Assembly: GCA_951406725.2 (NCBI GenBank)
Contig: OX597816.1
Coordinates: 171,368,001-171,432,000 of the forward strand
DNA length: 64,000 bases
Direction of reading: 5' to 3'
From: Octopus vulgaris
Lineage: Eukaryota
Part shown: in pieces, positions 14,001 to 26,100 of the stretch
Layout of the letters: each line of letters starts with the position of its first letter
Numbering within the stretch: the first letter of the stretch is position 1
Translations under genes and position numbers: made by a program
The notes under the pieces: model-generated
What the model saw: the letters and a program-made list of their open reading frames with translations, nothing else
Told to the model about the DNA's origin: nothing
Database searches by the model: none

Positions 14001-17000
14001 GAAATGCCAAGTGACCAAATGATCCAGGTGAAAGAAACTCCAAGAAGAAAAAGACATGAGAAGCAGCGTAAGCTAATCTCAGGATACTGAAACTCACAAA
14101 ACAGATGACAAAGGACCACATGTGAAAAGATACAGAGCTGGGAAAGACCAATTCAACCAAAACGTATAACGATGGTAATGATAAAATCACAAGAACAGAT
14201 TTTTGAAGAAATGTTATAAAATAGCCTGAAAAAGAGATTGAGTAGAACTTACTGATATATCTCTATAAACTGCAATAGCTCGCTGAGTGTCACCTCGGTC
14301 AACATGACATTCCTATAAAAAGAAAACAAAAAAAGATATGATTTGAGTTTGCCATGGAAATTAAGTGACCTGAAATTTGTAACAAAATTAGAATTCAGAA
14401 TGCTTCATTTCATTTATAACACCCAAGGTAGTAGTTTTTTTATTTTATTTTTATTTTTTTAATTTGTTTTTAAACAAAAGATAATTAGCATATCAATTAA
14501 ATCAGTTAAACCATTCTTGCCAACATTCAATGATTAAAAGAATCCTATTATATTTTTATAATTAAATATTATTAGAAACTGCTTTGAAAAATTGTTAAAA
14601 TAGCTTAAATTTATTGCACATAAATTTTAACAAAATCTTATGTGGACTACCACTACAGCTTCTATTAAATGTCATGTGGACCCCAGCTGAGAATCACTGA
14701 GTTACATGAATAAACTACAGGTCTGTTAACTGAGAGCTCAGAGGTTCTAACTTTGTTTTAGGCGTTTATATTGTTTTCTTAAGTTCAACAGTTTTGGTTT
14801 AAATTTTACATTTAAGAAATTAGCATTCACAATAAAATGCTTGAACATATAATTCAAATAAATACCAAACATTTATATAAATTGATGTAATGCATTGAAA
14901 GATGCTAATGACTATAAGATAATGTTATTTAACCCTTTAGTGTTCAGATTCTTTTCTTCTTTAGAGACAAGGCCCGAAATGTTGGGTAAGGGGCCAGTCA
15001 ATTAGATTGACCCCAGTACGCAGCTGGTATTTAATTTATCGACCCCGAAGGATGAAAGGCAAAATCGACCTCGGCGGAATTTGAACTCAGAACGTAAAGA
15101 CAGACAAAATATCGCTAAGCATTTCGCCCAGCATGCTGACGTTCCTGCCAGCTTGCCACCTTTAGTGTTCAGATTATTCTGTTAAATGTAATAATTTTTC
15201 ACTCAAATTGTTTTTAATTAATCATGCATTATCTTACAGCTTTGAGGTTTCAATGATTGTTTATTTGAACATAAGACATGTAGAATATTTAGGCCGGATA
15301 TGGCCGGTTTAGACACTAAAGGGTTAATGATTGCTATCAAAACTAGTAGGTGCAAACCTTTGTATTTCCTTAATGTTATCAGCTAATTATAGTTATCAAA
15401 AAGGTTCCTTTACAAAGGATAACAATAAGCAGCTTCCAACAGCAATGTTAAATAAACATCAAATAAAAGTAAAATGATTTGAAAAGTAATACAATAGGAA
15501 TTTAACATATCTCATTTATGTCAAAGCTAGTTCTTTCAATTTACACAAAATTCTGAAAGCTGTTGCTGTATGGTTAAAGTTTTTAAAATGTAATACATGG
15601 GTAGTTAGATAACTAAGTAGACATACATGAATACCAGTACCAACTGTAAATAAATTCCAGATCCAATTTATATACACAATAAGTGGTTCTAAGTGTAACA
15701 CCATGAAATTCATACTTCTAAATGTATAGAAAAACATAGGAGAAATGATAGGGAGGGAGATACTCAGGTATGCCATCTACTGGTAAAATAGTTAAGTGGG
15801 TGCCAAAAAAAAAAATTAATGTTAATTACAGTTAAATGCAAATAAAGAAACAAAAAGCTATAAAACTTACTGATTAGTTCTTGTAATGAAAGGCAATGAA
15901 AACAAATTCGAAATTTAAATTAATCAAAATTAATTAAAAATTACATGAAGACAAGCAGTGGAGAACAAGTCTGATCTTTGAGAAGTACAGTGACAACACC
16001 AGAGATGCTTTAGTTTTGCTATGATCTGATAACTGCTGGTGAGAATACACCCCACAGAGGAGGACCAATAAGGCTGGAATATATCTAGAGTTATCACCAT
16101 ACTTGCCAAAGATAAGATGCACACCTCATCGCATGTCCCAATTCAATTTTTAATTAATCTTGATCGTTTAAATTTAAGAATTGCTTCCTTTGCCTCTTTT
16201 GACTTGAAAGAATAATTATGCTAATGGAATGCTTTCTCCTTACTCTATTGTCTACAGATATATTTACATTAGCTAACCTTATTCAGATAGGAAAATGGAA
16301 ATGAAAATATATCCTGAAGTAAATTCTTGAATTCAATCCTTTAAATATTCTTAATATTATACAATATCCCATTTCTATAATACTGGTAATTATTTGCAAG
16401 GGATAATATTTGAATTCTATAATAATGTCAGAACAGTATGAGATTTTGCAGTCCTCAAATTGAGAAGTGCAAGTTACACACTTTTACCAATGACACAATT
16501 ACTCTAAATAAAATGGTCATTTAAAACTGTTCTAAAAATATATGGTTACAATATGATAAATATGAACACATTAATTCTAATATAGTAAACACACACACAC
16601 ACATATATGTATGTATATAAATAGCTAAGAGTGTGTGTGTGTGTGTATAAATATATATATATATATATACTTGATAAATGCAAGCACCTGTATATGCCAG
16701 CTAGTAGCAGAGGTGAGAGGATATATGTATCAAATGAAATAAAATGAAAAACAGGACACAAAGGATGTCGCGGTACACATGTTTCGAGCTTTATAAAACA
16801 ACTTATTCTTACATCAATGTATAATCGACATAACAGATAGTTTAAAAGCCCTCTTTGATGCTGAGCTAGTTTTCCACCTCATTTCTCAAAAGTCACGGTA
16901 GAGGCCTTGGTCTAGGGACCACTCATGTCTAGAAACAGAGTGGGGGTAAGCAAGGGCATGCTCCCTGTAGAAAATCCAGCTACGAAAAAGTCTCATGATA

Positions 17001-19839
17001 ATAGCAAAGGAGAATGGGCACCAGCCAACCCAACGGTTGGGGTAGGCTGCACCTGCCTACCTAAAAAGGGAAGGTGCAAACCCTCATCCTGGGTTGCGCA
17101 AGTATGACTTGCCTAATAAGCTTGGGTTGAGGTTGGGAAGTTGGAATGTGGGCAGTCTGTGTGGAAGGGAAACTGAGGTATGTGAAGAATTGAAGAGTAG
17201 GAGGGTGGATGTGTGCTGTGTGCAGGAGGTTAAGTGGAGGGGCCAGGGTGTAAGAGAAGAAGGTACAAGTTGTGGTGGTCAGGAAACAGCAGGGAGACTG
17301 GAGGTGTAGGAATTTCGGTGAGGGAAGAAATCTATGAGAAGGTGGTGATGGTCAGGAGAATGAGTGACAAAGTGATGACAGTAGTGTTAGCATTTGAGGA
17401 AGAAGTGGTGAGGGTGATTTGTGGGTATGGTTTGCAAAGTGAAAGAGGGACCACAGAGAAAGAGCAGATCATGATGAAATGGCGAATGAATAGGACTTAC
17501 AAAAGATAGATGAATTGGTTTTGGGCATGGGTGATTTTAATGGTCATGTTGGGAGATGGATCCAGGGCTTTGAGGTTGTGTATGGGGGGAAATGGAATTG
17601 GGGAGAGAAATTTGGAAGGAAGGATGCTGTTGGAGTTTTGTGATGACGAGTTGTGTATGGCAAATACATGGTTTAGGAAAACACAGGAAAGGAAGGTGAC
17701 TTTCAGTAGAGGAAGGAATGAGACAGAGATTGATTTTATGTTGGTTGGCAGGAAAAACAGAAAATATCTGAGAGATGTGAAGACAATACCAAGGGAATTG
17801 CAGCACAGGTTGGTGGTTGCTGACTTGGATAAGAGGGAAGTTAAAAAGCTTGTGAGAAAGGGAACGGTTGAGGGGAGAAAGGTGTGGAAACTGAGGGAAG
17901 AAGAAACAAGAGCAAAGTTTGAGGAGAGAGTTGGGGAGTGGGTAAGCATTGATGCAACTGATTTGTGGAAGTCTTTTAAAGAAGGGGTACTAAAAATATG
18001 TTGAAGGATGAAGGGTAGGAGAAATCAAGGAGATACATGGTGGTGGAACAAGGAGGTGAGGGATGGGATAGCAAGGAAGGAAGAAGGAGGCGCACAAAGC
18101 TTTATGTAATAATAGGACTGAGCAAATGAAAGCCAGGTATAACAACATGAAGAATCATGCAAAGAGGGTGGTTGCGAGAACCCAGATAGAGTATTTAAGT
18201 TTATTAAATCAATGAAAAATGATGGAAGAGATGTTGAGGGATGAAGATACATGAGGGGAGTGGTAGAAGCCTGAATTTTACTGAGAAGGATGGGAAGAGT
18301 TTGAAAGGGGCATATGGAGGAAATTATGAATGAGGAAAATGAATGGGATTAAAGGGTGGAAGTTGCTGTGGTGAAGGGGCAAGTGGAGAGGGTTAACTGG
18401 GAAGAAGTAGTAGCAGCAGCAATGAAGGAAATGAAAACAGGAAAGGCAGCTGGTCCATGGGAAGTGTGGAAATGATAACCGCAAGTGGAGAGATAGGGAT
18501 TGTTGTGATGCTGGAGCTCTGCCAAGATGTGCTGGATGAAGAGGAATACCGGACAACTAGGCACTAAGTGTGGTGGTACCGATCTTCAAGGGGAAGGGGG
18601 ATGCAATGAGTTGCAGGGCGTAAAGAGGAGTGAAATTATTGGAGCATGCAATGAAGATAGGGGAAAGGATATTGGAGAGGAGAATTCGGAAAGGGGTGGA
18701 TGTGGATGAGATGCAATTTGGTTTTATGCCAGGAAGGGGGACAATAGATGCAGTGTTCATTGTAAGGAGATTGCAGGAGAAATACAGAGATAAGGGGAAG
18801 GAGTGCCTCGTTGATCTGGAGAATTTATTTGATAAGGTTCCAAGGAAGGTGACTGAGTGGACATTGAAGAAGATAGGTGTAGAAGAGGTAATAGTGAGAA
18901 CAGTGATGAGTTTCTTTGAGGGGGTGAAGAAAAGAGTGAGAATTGGATGAGGGCTGTCGGAGGTGAAGTTGATGTGCATCAGGGATCTGTGTTGTCACCA
19001 TTGTTGTTTGCAATAGTGGTTGATGTGGAGACAGAAAGTGCAAGAGAGGGACTGATAATGGAGATACTGTATGCAGATGATATTGTTCTGAGGAGTGAGA
19101 CAATGTAGGGATTGAGGGATAAGTTCTGGAAATGGAAGAAGGCATTTGAAAGCAAGGGCTTGAAGGTAAACCTCGGGAAGACAAAGGTGATGGTGAGCGG
19201 GGTGGAAGGAGAAGTGTTAGTGAGTAAGGTGGATCCATGTGGTGTATGTGGGAGGAGGGTAATGGCAAATGTGGTGTTGTGTATAAGATGTGAGAAACGG
19301 AGTCATGGTCGATGTACGAAAATGAAGGTGACCCCCAAGACTGGCAAAAGAGTTTGTTTGCAGAAGATGTGAAAAAGAAGCTGGAGGGCTGGTGAAGTCA
19401 GTGGAAATACTATTTGATGAGGTGGATATGGTGAGAGGGTTTTGTTACTTGGGAGATAGGGTGGATGTAAGTGGTGGATGTGAAGCAGCTGTGACAGCAA
19501 GAGTGAGACTTGGTTGGGTGAAGTTCAGGGAATGTGGAGTGTTGTTATAGGGGAAAAGGTTCTCATTTCAGATGAAAGGAAAAGTCTAGAGGAGTTGTGT
19601 GAGAGCTGCAATGCTGTATGGGAGTGAGACATGGTGTTTGAGGGAGGGAGAGAGAGATGGCAATTTTGAGAAGGACTGAGAGAGCAATGGTGAGAGAAAT
19701 GTGTGGTGTGAGGCTCTTTGATAAGAGGAGGATTGAGGAATCAGTGGTATGAGCAAGGGATGAGGAGCATGTTTTGAAGAGTTTGAGGTAAATGGACAGC
19801 AAAGAAAATACACCAAAGAAAATACACACACATATCTAA

Positions 19840-19883
<44 letters not shown>

Positions 19884-19887
19884 CTAA

Positions 19888-19918
<31 letters not shown>

Positions 19919-20090
19919 TATCTAAATATATATATATACACACATACATACATATATATATATATATACACACACACATATCTAAATATATATATACACA
20001 CACATATCTAAATATATATATACATACACATATCTAAATATATATATACATACACATATCTAAATATATATATATACACACATACATATC

Positions 20091-20138
<48 letters not shown>

Positions 20139-23100
20139 TCTAAATATATATATATATAACGAGAAGCTTTATGAAAATAGACAAAAGACGAAGGCAGGTG
20201 GAAAACAAACAAACAATTGTATTAGTATGGCGCTCAGGAAATATAAATAAAACAAGTCTTTAACGTTTCGAGCCTACGCTCTTCAACAGAAAGATACACA
20301 GAGAGAAAAAAAACACAGAAAGAAGGAGAGAAAAAAATGCGTGCAGTAACTAACGAATCAACATGGCGATCTGATTTCGGCCAGAGGTCAAAGATCAAAC
20401 ATGAGACGCGAGAGCGAAATAAGGGGAGATAATAGGGTTGATAATAGGGTTGAATGACCAGCTATTAGTGCGTAGGAGGGGTCTGGACGTGTGTATGTAT
20501 AGGGTTGGTGTATGTATTAGTATGTATTAGTATGTATAAGGGTGTGTGTGTGTGTGTATGAGAGAGTATTAGTGCGTAGGATAGGTCTGGACGTGCGTAT
20601 GTATGGGGTTGGTGTATGTATTAGTATGTATTAGTACGTATTAGTATGTATAAGTGTGTGTGTATGAGAGAGTATAAGTGCGTATGAGGGGTCTGGACGT
20701 GTGTATGTATAGGGTTGGTCTATGTATTAGTATGTATTAGTGTGTATTAGTACGTATTAGTATGTATTAGTTGGTGTATGTATTAGTATGGCACATCATA
20801 TATGATGTGATGTGTAAAGTCGTGTGGTGTAGTGAGGAGAAGAGGGGTAGGGGGAGAAGGGGAGGGGAGGGGAGGGGGAGGGGAGGAGAATGGGAGGGGG
20901 AAGAGGAGAGGAGGGGGAGAGATAGGAGAGGAGGAGGGGGGAGGAAAGAGAGGGAGGAAAGAGGGAGAGGGGGAGAGAGAAGGGGAGTGAGGGAGCAGAG
21001 GGAAGGGGAAGAGGGAAGGAGGGAGGGAGAAAGAGGTAAGAAGGGAAGGGGAGTACGGGTGAAAGGATGAAGGACTGAAGAAGTAGGGGTTGGGGGGGAA
21101 GGATAGGTGAGGAGGGGAGGGGGTTAGATGAGGAGGGGGAGAGTTGAGACCAAATGGCGTATAAGAGCGAAGAGAGAAGATTAATTCCTGTTCACGGCGC
21201 AAACGGGAATCCGGATGGCCTCTGTGTAAGGACAAACCGAACACAGATAGGTGTTGCAAGGAGTGACCGGTGGAGCGGAAATGGCGTGAGACCGGTGTGT
21301 CGTTCGCAAGGTGGATGTCACGAAGGTGTTCCGCGAACCGGTCAGCCAAGCGGCGTCCCGTTTGTCCGATGTACAAGGAATTGCAGAGAGAGCAAGAGAC
21401 GCAATAGATAATATTGCTGGAGGTGCAGGTGAAGGAGTGGATGATGGGATAGGGTCGATGGTGGGTGCTAGTGAGGCGGGTGGTGTTGGAGAGGTAAGGG
21501 CAAGTGCGGCAACGTGGGCGGGAGCAGGGGAACGAGCCGGGTTGGGAGGTAGGGTCAGGGAAGGAGCTATGGACCAAAAGGTCTCGAAGGTTGTGGGCTC
21601 GTTTGAAAGAGGGGAGGGGTCGGTTAGGGAAGAGGTGTGAAGTGGACGGGTCGGACTGGAGATGACGGAAAGCTCGAAGAATGGTGCGTTGGAGACGTAG
21701 GGTCGTGGGGTGGTAAGTGAGGGGAAAAGGGAGGCGGGAGACTACAGGGCGGGTTCGGGGAGAGAGAGCAGATACACGGTCCACGGACCGTGCTCTGGCA
21801 AGGGCGGTGTGGATAGTGGTGAGGGGGTGTGGATAGTGGTGAGGGGGTATCCACGTAGGGTGAAGTGGTGAGCCATGCGTTGAGACTGAGTCTCAAAGTC
21901 ATGGTCGTCACTAAAGAGCCTACGTAGACGGAGGAATTGGGAATAGGGGATGGAAAGCTTGGTGTGTTCTGGGTGGGAGGAAGAGAAGTTGAGGTATGAG
22001 TGTGAGTCTGTGTGTTTGTAGTGAATGGAGGTGGTAAGAGTGGAGTGAAGAATGCTAACCGAAATGTCGAGGAAGGAGACAGAGGTGTTGGAGATAGTGG
22101 AAGTGAAGTGGAGGGCTGGATGGAAAGATTGGACGAAAGAGAGGAAGGAATCTAGATGTTCACGGGAGAGTGAGGTGGCACCGATAATGTCGTCAATGTA
22201 ACGACCATATAGTTCAGGAGTGGGACCAGTGAAATTAGAGAATATTTGGGCCTCAACATAGCCAACGAACAGGCCATGGCCACTCCCGAGACCTGATGGT
22301 AGAACTCGCCCGCGAACGAGAAGCAGTTCAGAGTAAGGACAAGTTCGGCCAGACGAATGAGTGTGGAGATGTCAGGTACAGGGTGAGAGCGGAGGTCAAG
22401 AAAGTGTCGAAGGGCCTGCAGTCCTTCGTGGTGAGGGATAACAGTATAGAGGCTTTGGATGTCCATAGTAAAAAGGATTTTAGAGGAGCCGGGAGGAAAG
22501 GAGAAAGAGTTGAAAAGCCGGAGAGCATGGTTGGTATCGTGGATGTGGGAGGGAAGAGATGCCACTAGGGGGCAAGGACACGGTCGAGGTATTTAGAGAT
22601 GAGCTCCGTGGGGCAGTTACAGGCGGAGACGATGGGGCGGCCAGGGTTGTTGGGTTTGTGGATTTTGGGGAGGAAGTAAATGGTGGGGGTACGTGGGGTT
22701 CGCAGACTTGTATCAGAAAAACGGCTCTGTCCGATCCTTTGGTAATGTACTTGCATACGTAAAGTATGGATTTGACAGAATTACAGAATTATTCGTTGAT
22801 GTGTGCATGAAATGTTTTCCAGAGCATCTTCTTGTGGGGTACGACACACCAATTGCCAACCAAAATAGTGTGGTGAGGGATACAAATATAAGGGAGACAA
22901 TCATTTTCTGAATGTTACTTTGTAAAGAGTTACCTCCCTTACCCACAATAGTCACCCTACAACAGAAATGGAGGTTTTATTGAACCTTTCTAAGCCTAGA
23001 AGCCCCATTACATACACACGTCTTCCATCTTATATATTAAAGATATATCAACTCATATATATATATGCATGCATACATGTCTAAATACGTATATATGTGT

Positions 23101-26100
23101 GTGTGTATATATATATATATACATAAACATTTTTTACATATATATGCGTGTGTGTATGTGGAGGTGCGTGGCTTAGTGGTTAGGGTGTCAACATCATGAT
23201 CGTAAGATTGTAGATTCCTGGACCAGGCGATGTGTTATGTTCTTGAACAAAGCAGACTAGAGTCTGGTACAGCCTTCCAGCTTGCCAGTCCTAGTTAAAC
23301 CATCCAACCCATGCCAGCATGGACAACAGACATTAAATGATGATGATGATGATGACACGAGTTAAAAAACAAAAAATGCACTACATGTATGTATGTATAT
23401 ATATATACATGCACAAACACAGATGGTTATGGTATAATTGCAGCTATACTGGGGCACTCACTTGAATAATTTTTTGTTGAATTACTCGACTCCAGAGCTT
23501 ATTCTTTTAAAGCTTGGTACTTATTCTATCCATATCTTTTACCAAACTGTTATGTTACAGGGACATAAATACACCAACACCAGTTGTCAAGCAGTGGGGG
23601 TCAAACACATACGCACACATCTATGACCGGTTTCTCCCAGTTTCTGTCTACCAAATCCACTCAATAGGTTTCTTTGTCAGCCTGCAGCTATAGCAAAAGA
23701 CATGCCCAAAGTATCTTGCAGTGGGACTGGATTTCAAACCATGTATTTGGAAAGCAAATTTCTTACCACACAGCTACATATATGAAAATTGTCTGAAGGG
23801 ATGTACAGGTTTTATATAGAGAAGAAAAACAAGGTAGTTAAAAATTTGGATAAAAACTATTAGATCTTTTCGGTTTGAACGGCAGTTTTTTAAAATAATT
23901 TCCACGTAACTAAACACTTTTTTAACTTCATATACTGGTAGAATGTGTTTATAAAACATCTTTTTCTCTTGGCTTCATTGAGAAAATTCTATAGTTCGTA
24001 AGATATTTGTTGTTTTTCTTCTTCAATTTCTGCAATTTCAACCAATCAAATACGTCTATTGAGTTAAAAAAAGCATTCTGTGCCGTATGAATATGTCCCT
24101 CGTTTAAGAAACAGATTGGGTTTATTTACATTTCTGAAGAAAAAAAAGATACCCTTCCCCCACCCCTAACCCTAAAACCGATTGAAATGCAATAGATCGA
24201 TTCTAGGGTCATAATGATGGGTGACAATTTCATATGACACCGCTAAAAAAAACTGCCGTTCAAACCGAAAAGATCCAAACTATTTATACAGTGCTTCTAT
24301 GCCTTTCGAGGATTCATCATGACGCACACAAATACAGCTAAATTTAATGCATCATAGTCCGGAAATGACTTAGCTAGCCGAAACTTCGGAGTCACTGTCA
24401 ACAACGTTCTTGTTTTAGAATGATAAACTTTTACTCTCCAAAAGTATAGAGAAGCCCACCAGATTAACGTAAAATTGCGCTTAAAAGTAAGGGGCATTAC
24501 TCTTCCATACTTGAATTAATTCCCTTGATCATTTTTTTCTTTTTCACATATGTATTTGTTCTATATTTGCTTTTTATTAGTGTTTTGGCAAATTAGTATA
24601 ACAAGTGTATAACAAATGTCAATAATTTGAATCTTTGAAAGATATCTGATATAGGTACAGACTTCATCCTCTGGGCTTAACAGCTCAGCTAGTAAGGAGT
24701 AGAATCAAAAAATAGAATTTGTGTCGATAATCTAAAATTTTTATCACCCTAAGCTATTCAATAACTGTTATATATTTAAAGATTCGTGGATGATGTTTGG
24801 AATTTTATGGGAGTTCTGAAGTGATAATATTCTTATCTTCTCAATGAGCATTCTCAAGATCAAATTCTACTCAACTAAATTTCACTTCTTTCCCAGTTGT
24901 GTCAGTATGTATACTAATGTATAATAATCTTCAGATTAAAACCATTGTTTGTAAAGCTCTTACTCTTACTCTTATACTTGTTTCAGTCATGTGACTGTGG
25001 CCATGCTGGAGCACTGCCTTTAGTCGAGCAAATCGACCCCGGGACTTATTCTATTGGTCTCTTTTGCCAAACTGCTAAGTTACGGGAACGTAAACACACC
25101 AGCATTGGTTGTCAAGCGATGTTGGGAGGACAAACGCAGACACACAAACACGCACATACATATATATATATATACATATATACGACGGGCTTCTTTCAGT
25201 TTCCGTCTACCAAATCCAATCACAAGGCTTTCGTCAGCCCGAGGCTATAGTAGAAGACACTTGCCCAAGGTGCCACGCAGTGGGACTGAACCCAGGACCA
25301 AGTTACTTACCACAGAGCCACGAGAAATTTCATTCTGAAGAATATTTTATCCGGCACATAATTCATCAACCTATTGCATGGATAAAGTATTCACACACTT
25401 TTCTATATACTTCTCAAACTATAGCTACTAAAATTCTACCAGTAATAAGTTTCAACTAATCTGTTTCTCTATGTAATTGCACAGTTTGTTAGAAATTCAG
25501 TCAAATTTCCACCAAATCATGCCCAACTGACTTCTCTTTTAGACTTCTATCATCCTCTCACTCTCACCTCACACAGTTACATGGGAGAAAAAAGGACAAA
25601 TGCATGAAGAAAATGCAGGAAAGAAGGGACTCTTTTTACTTTTTCCACAGACAAGACAACCTTCTGATGCTTGTTATCACATGGAAACAAGATAGAGAAG
25701 ATTCATTAGTATTGCTGGGGACAAGACAACTCATCAAGTGATGGTGTCATGATGAAGTGTACCGGTACACTCTGTAAAGTGGTTGGTGATAAGAAGAGTA
25801 CCGAAGCATAGAACCCAAATTAAAATATGTGGAACATGCAAGTGAGATGTGATGCCTGACCCATCTAGGAGGACAATAACTAACAAAAAAATTACTTGAG
25901 TTGTGACGATCCATCCAACTTTTGCGAACATGGAAAAGTGGACATAAAAGTGATAATATGTATTATCTAATATATGTAACTAATATTCTGTAAATCTAAT
26001 GTTTACAGTTATATATGACAATAAAAGTAGTAAAGAAAAATATGTTACCTCTATATGAGTTTCCAATTCCCTAAGCAAGCTTGGATATTTATCAAGACGT

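Larger units (their letters stand above)
20159..22705 (-). mobile_element. Penelope-like retroelement (RT plus GIY-YIG endonuclease), 5'-truncated
   Basis: [47 protein letters not shown]; endonuclease [35 protein letters not shown]; few frameshifts; ends in (TA)n. Confidence 0.93.

Noticed and set aside
24161-24175. CCCTAACCCTAA telomere-like repeat (also near 29920 and 26948)
   Set aside because: Only about two units; the 24161 and 29920 copies are internal to a MITE, so this is not an interstitial telomere.
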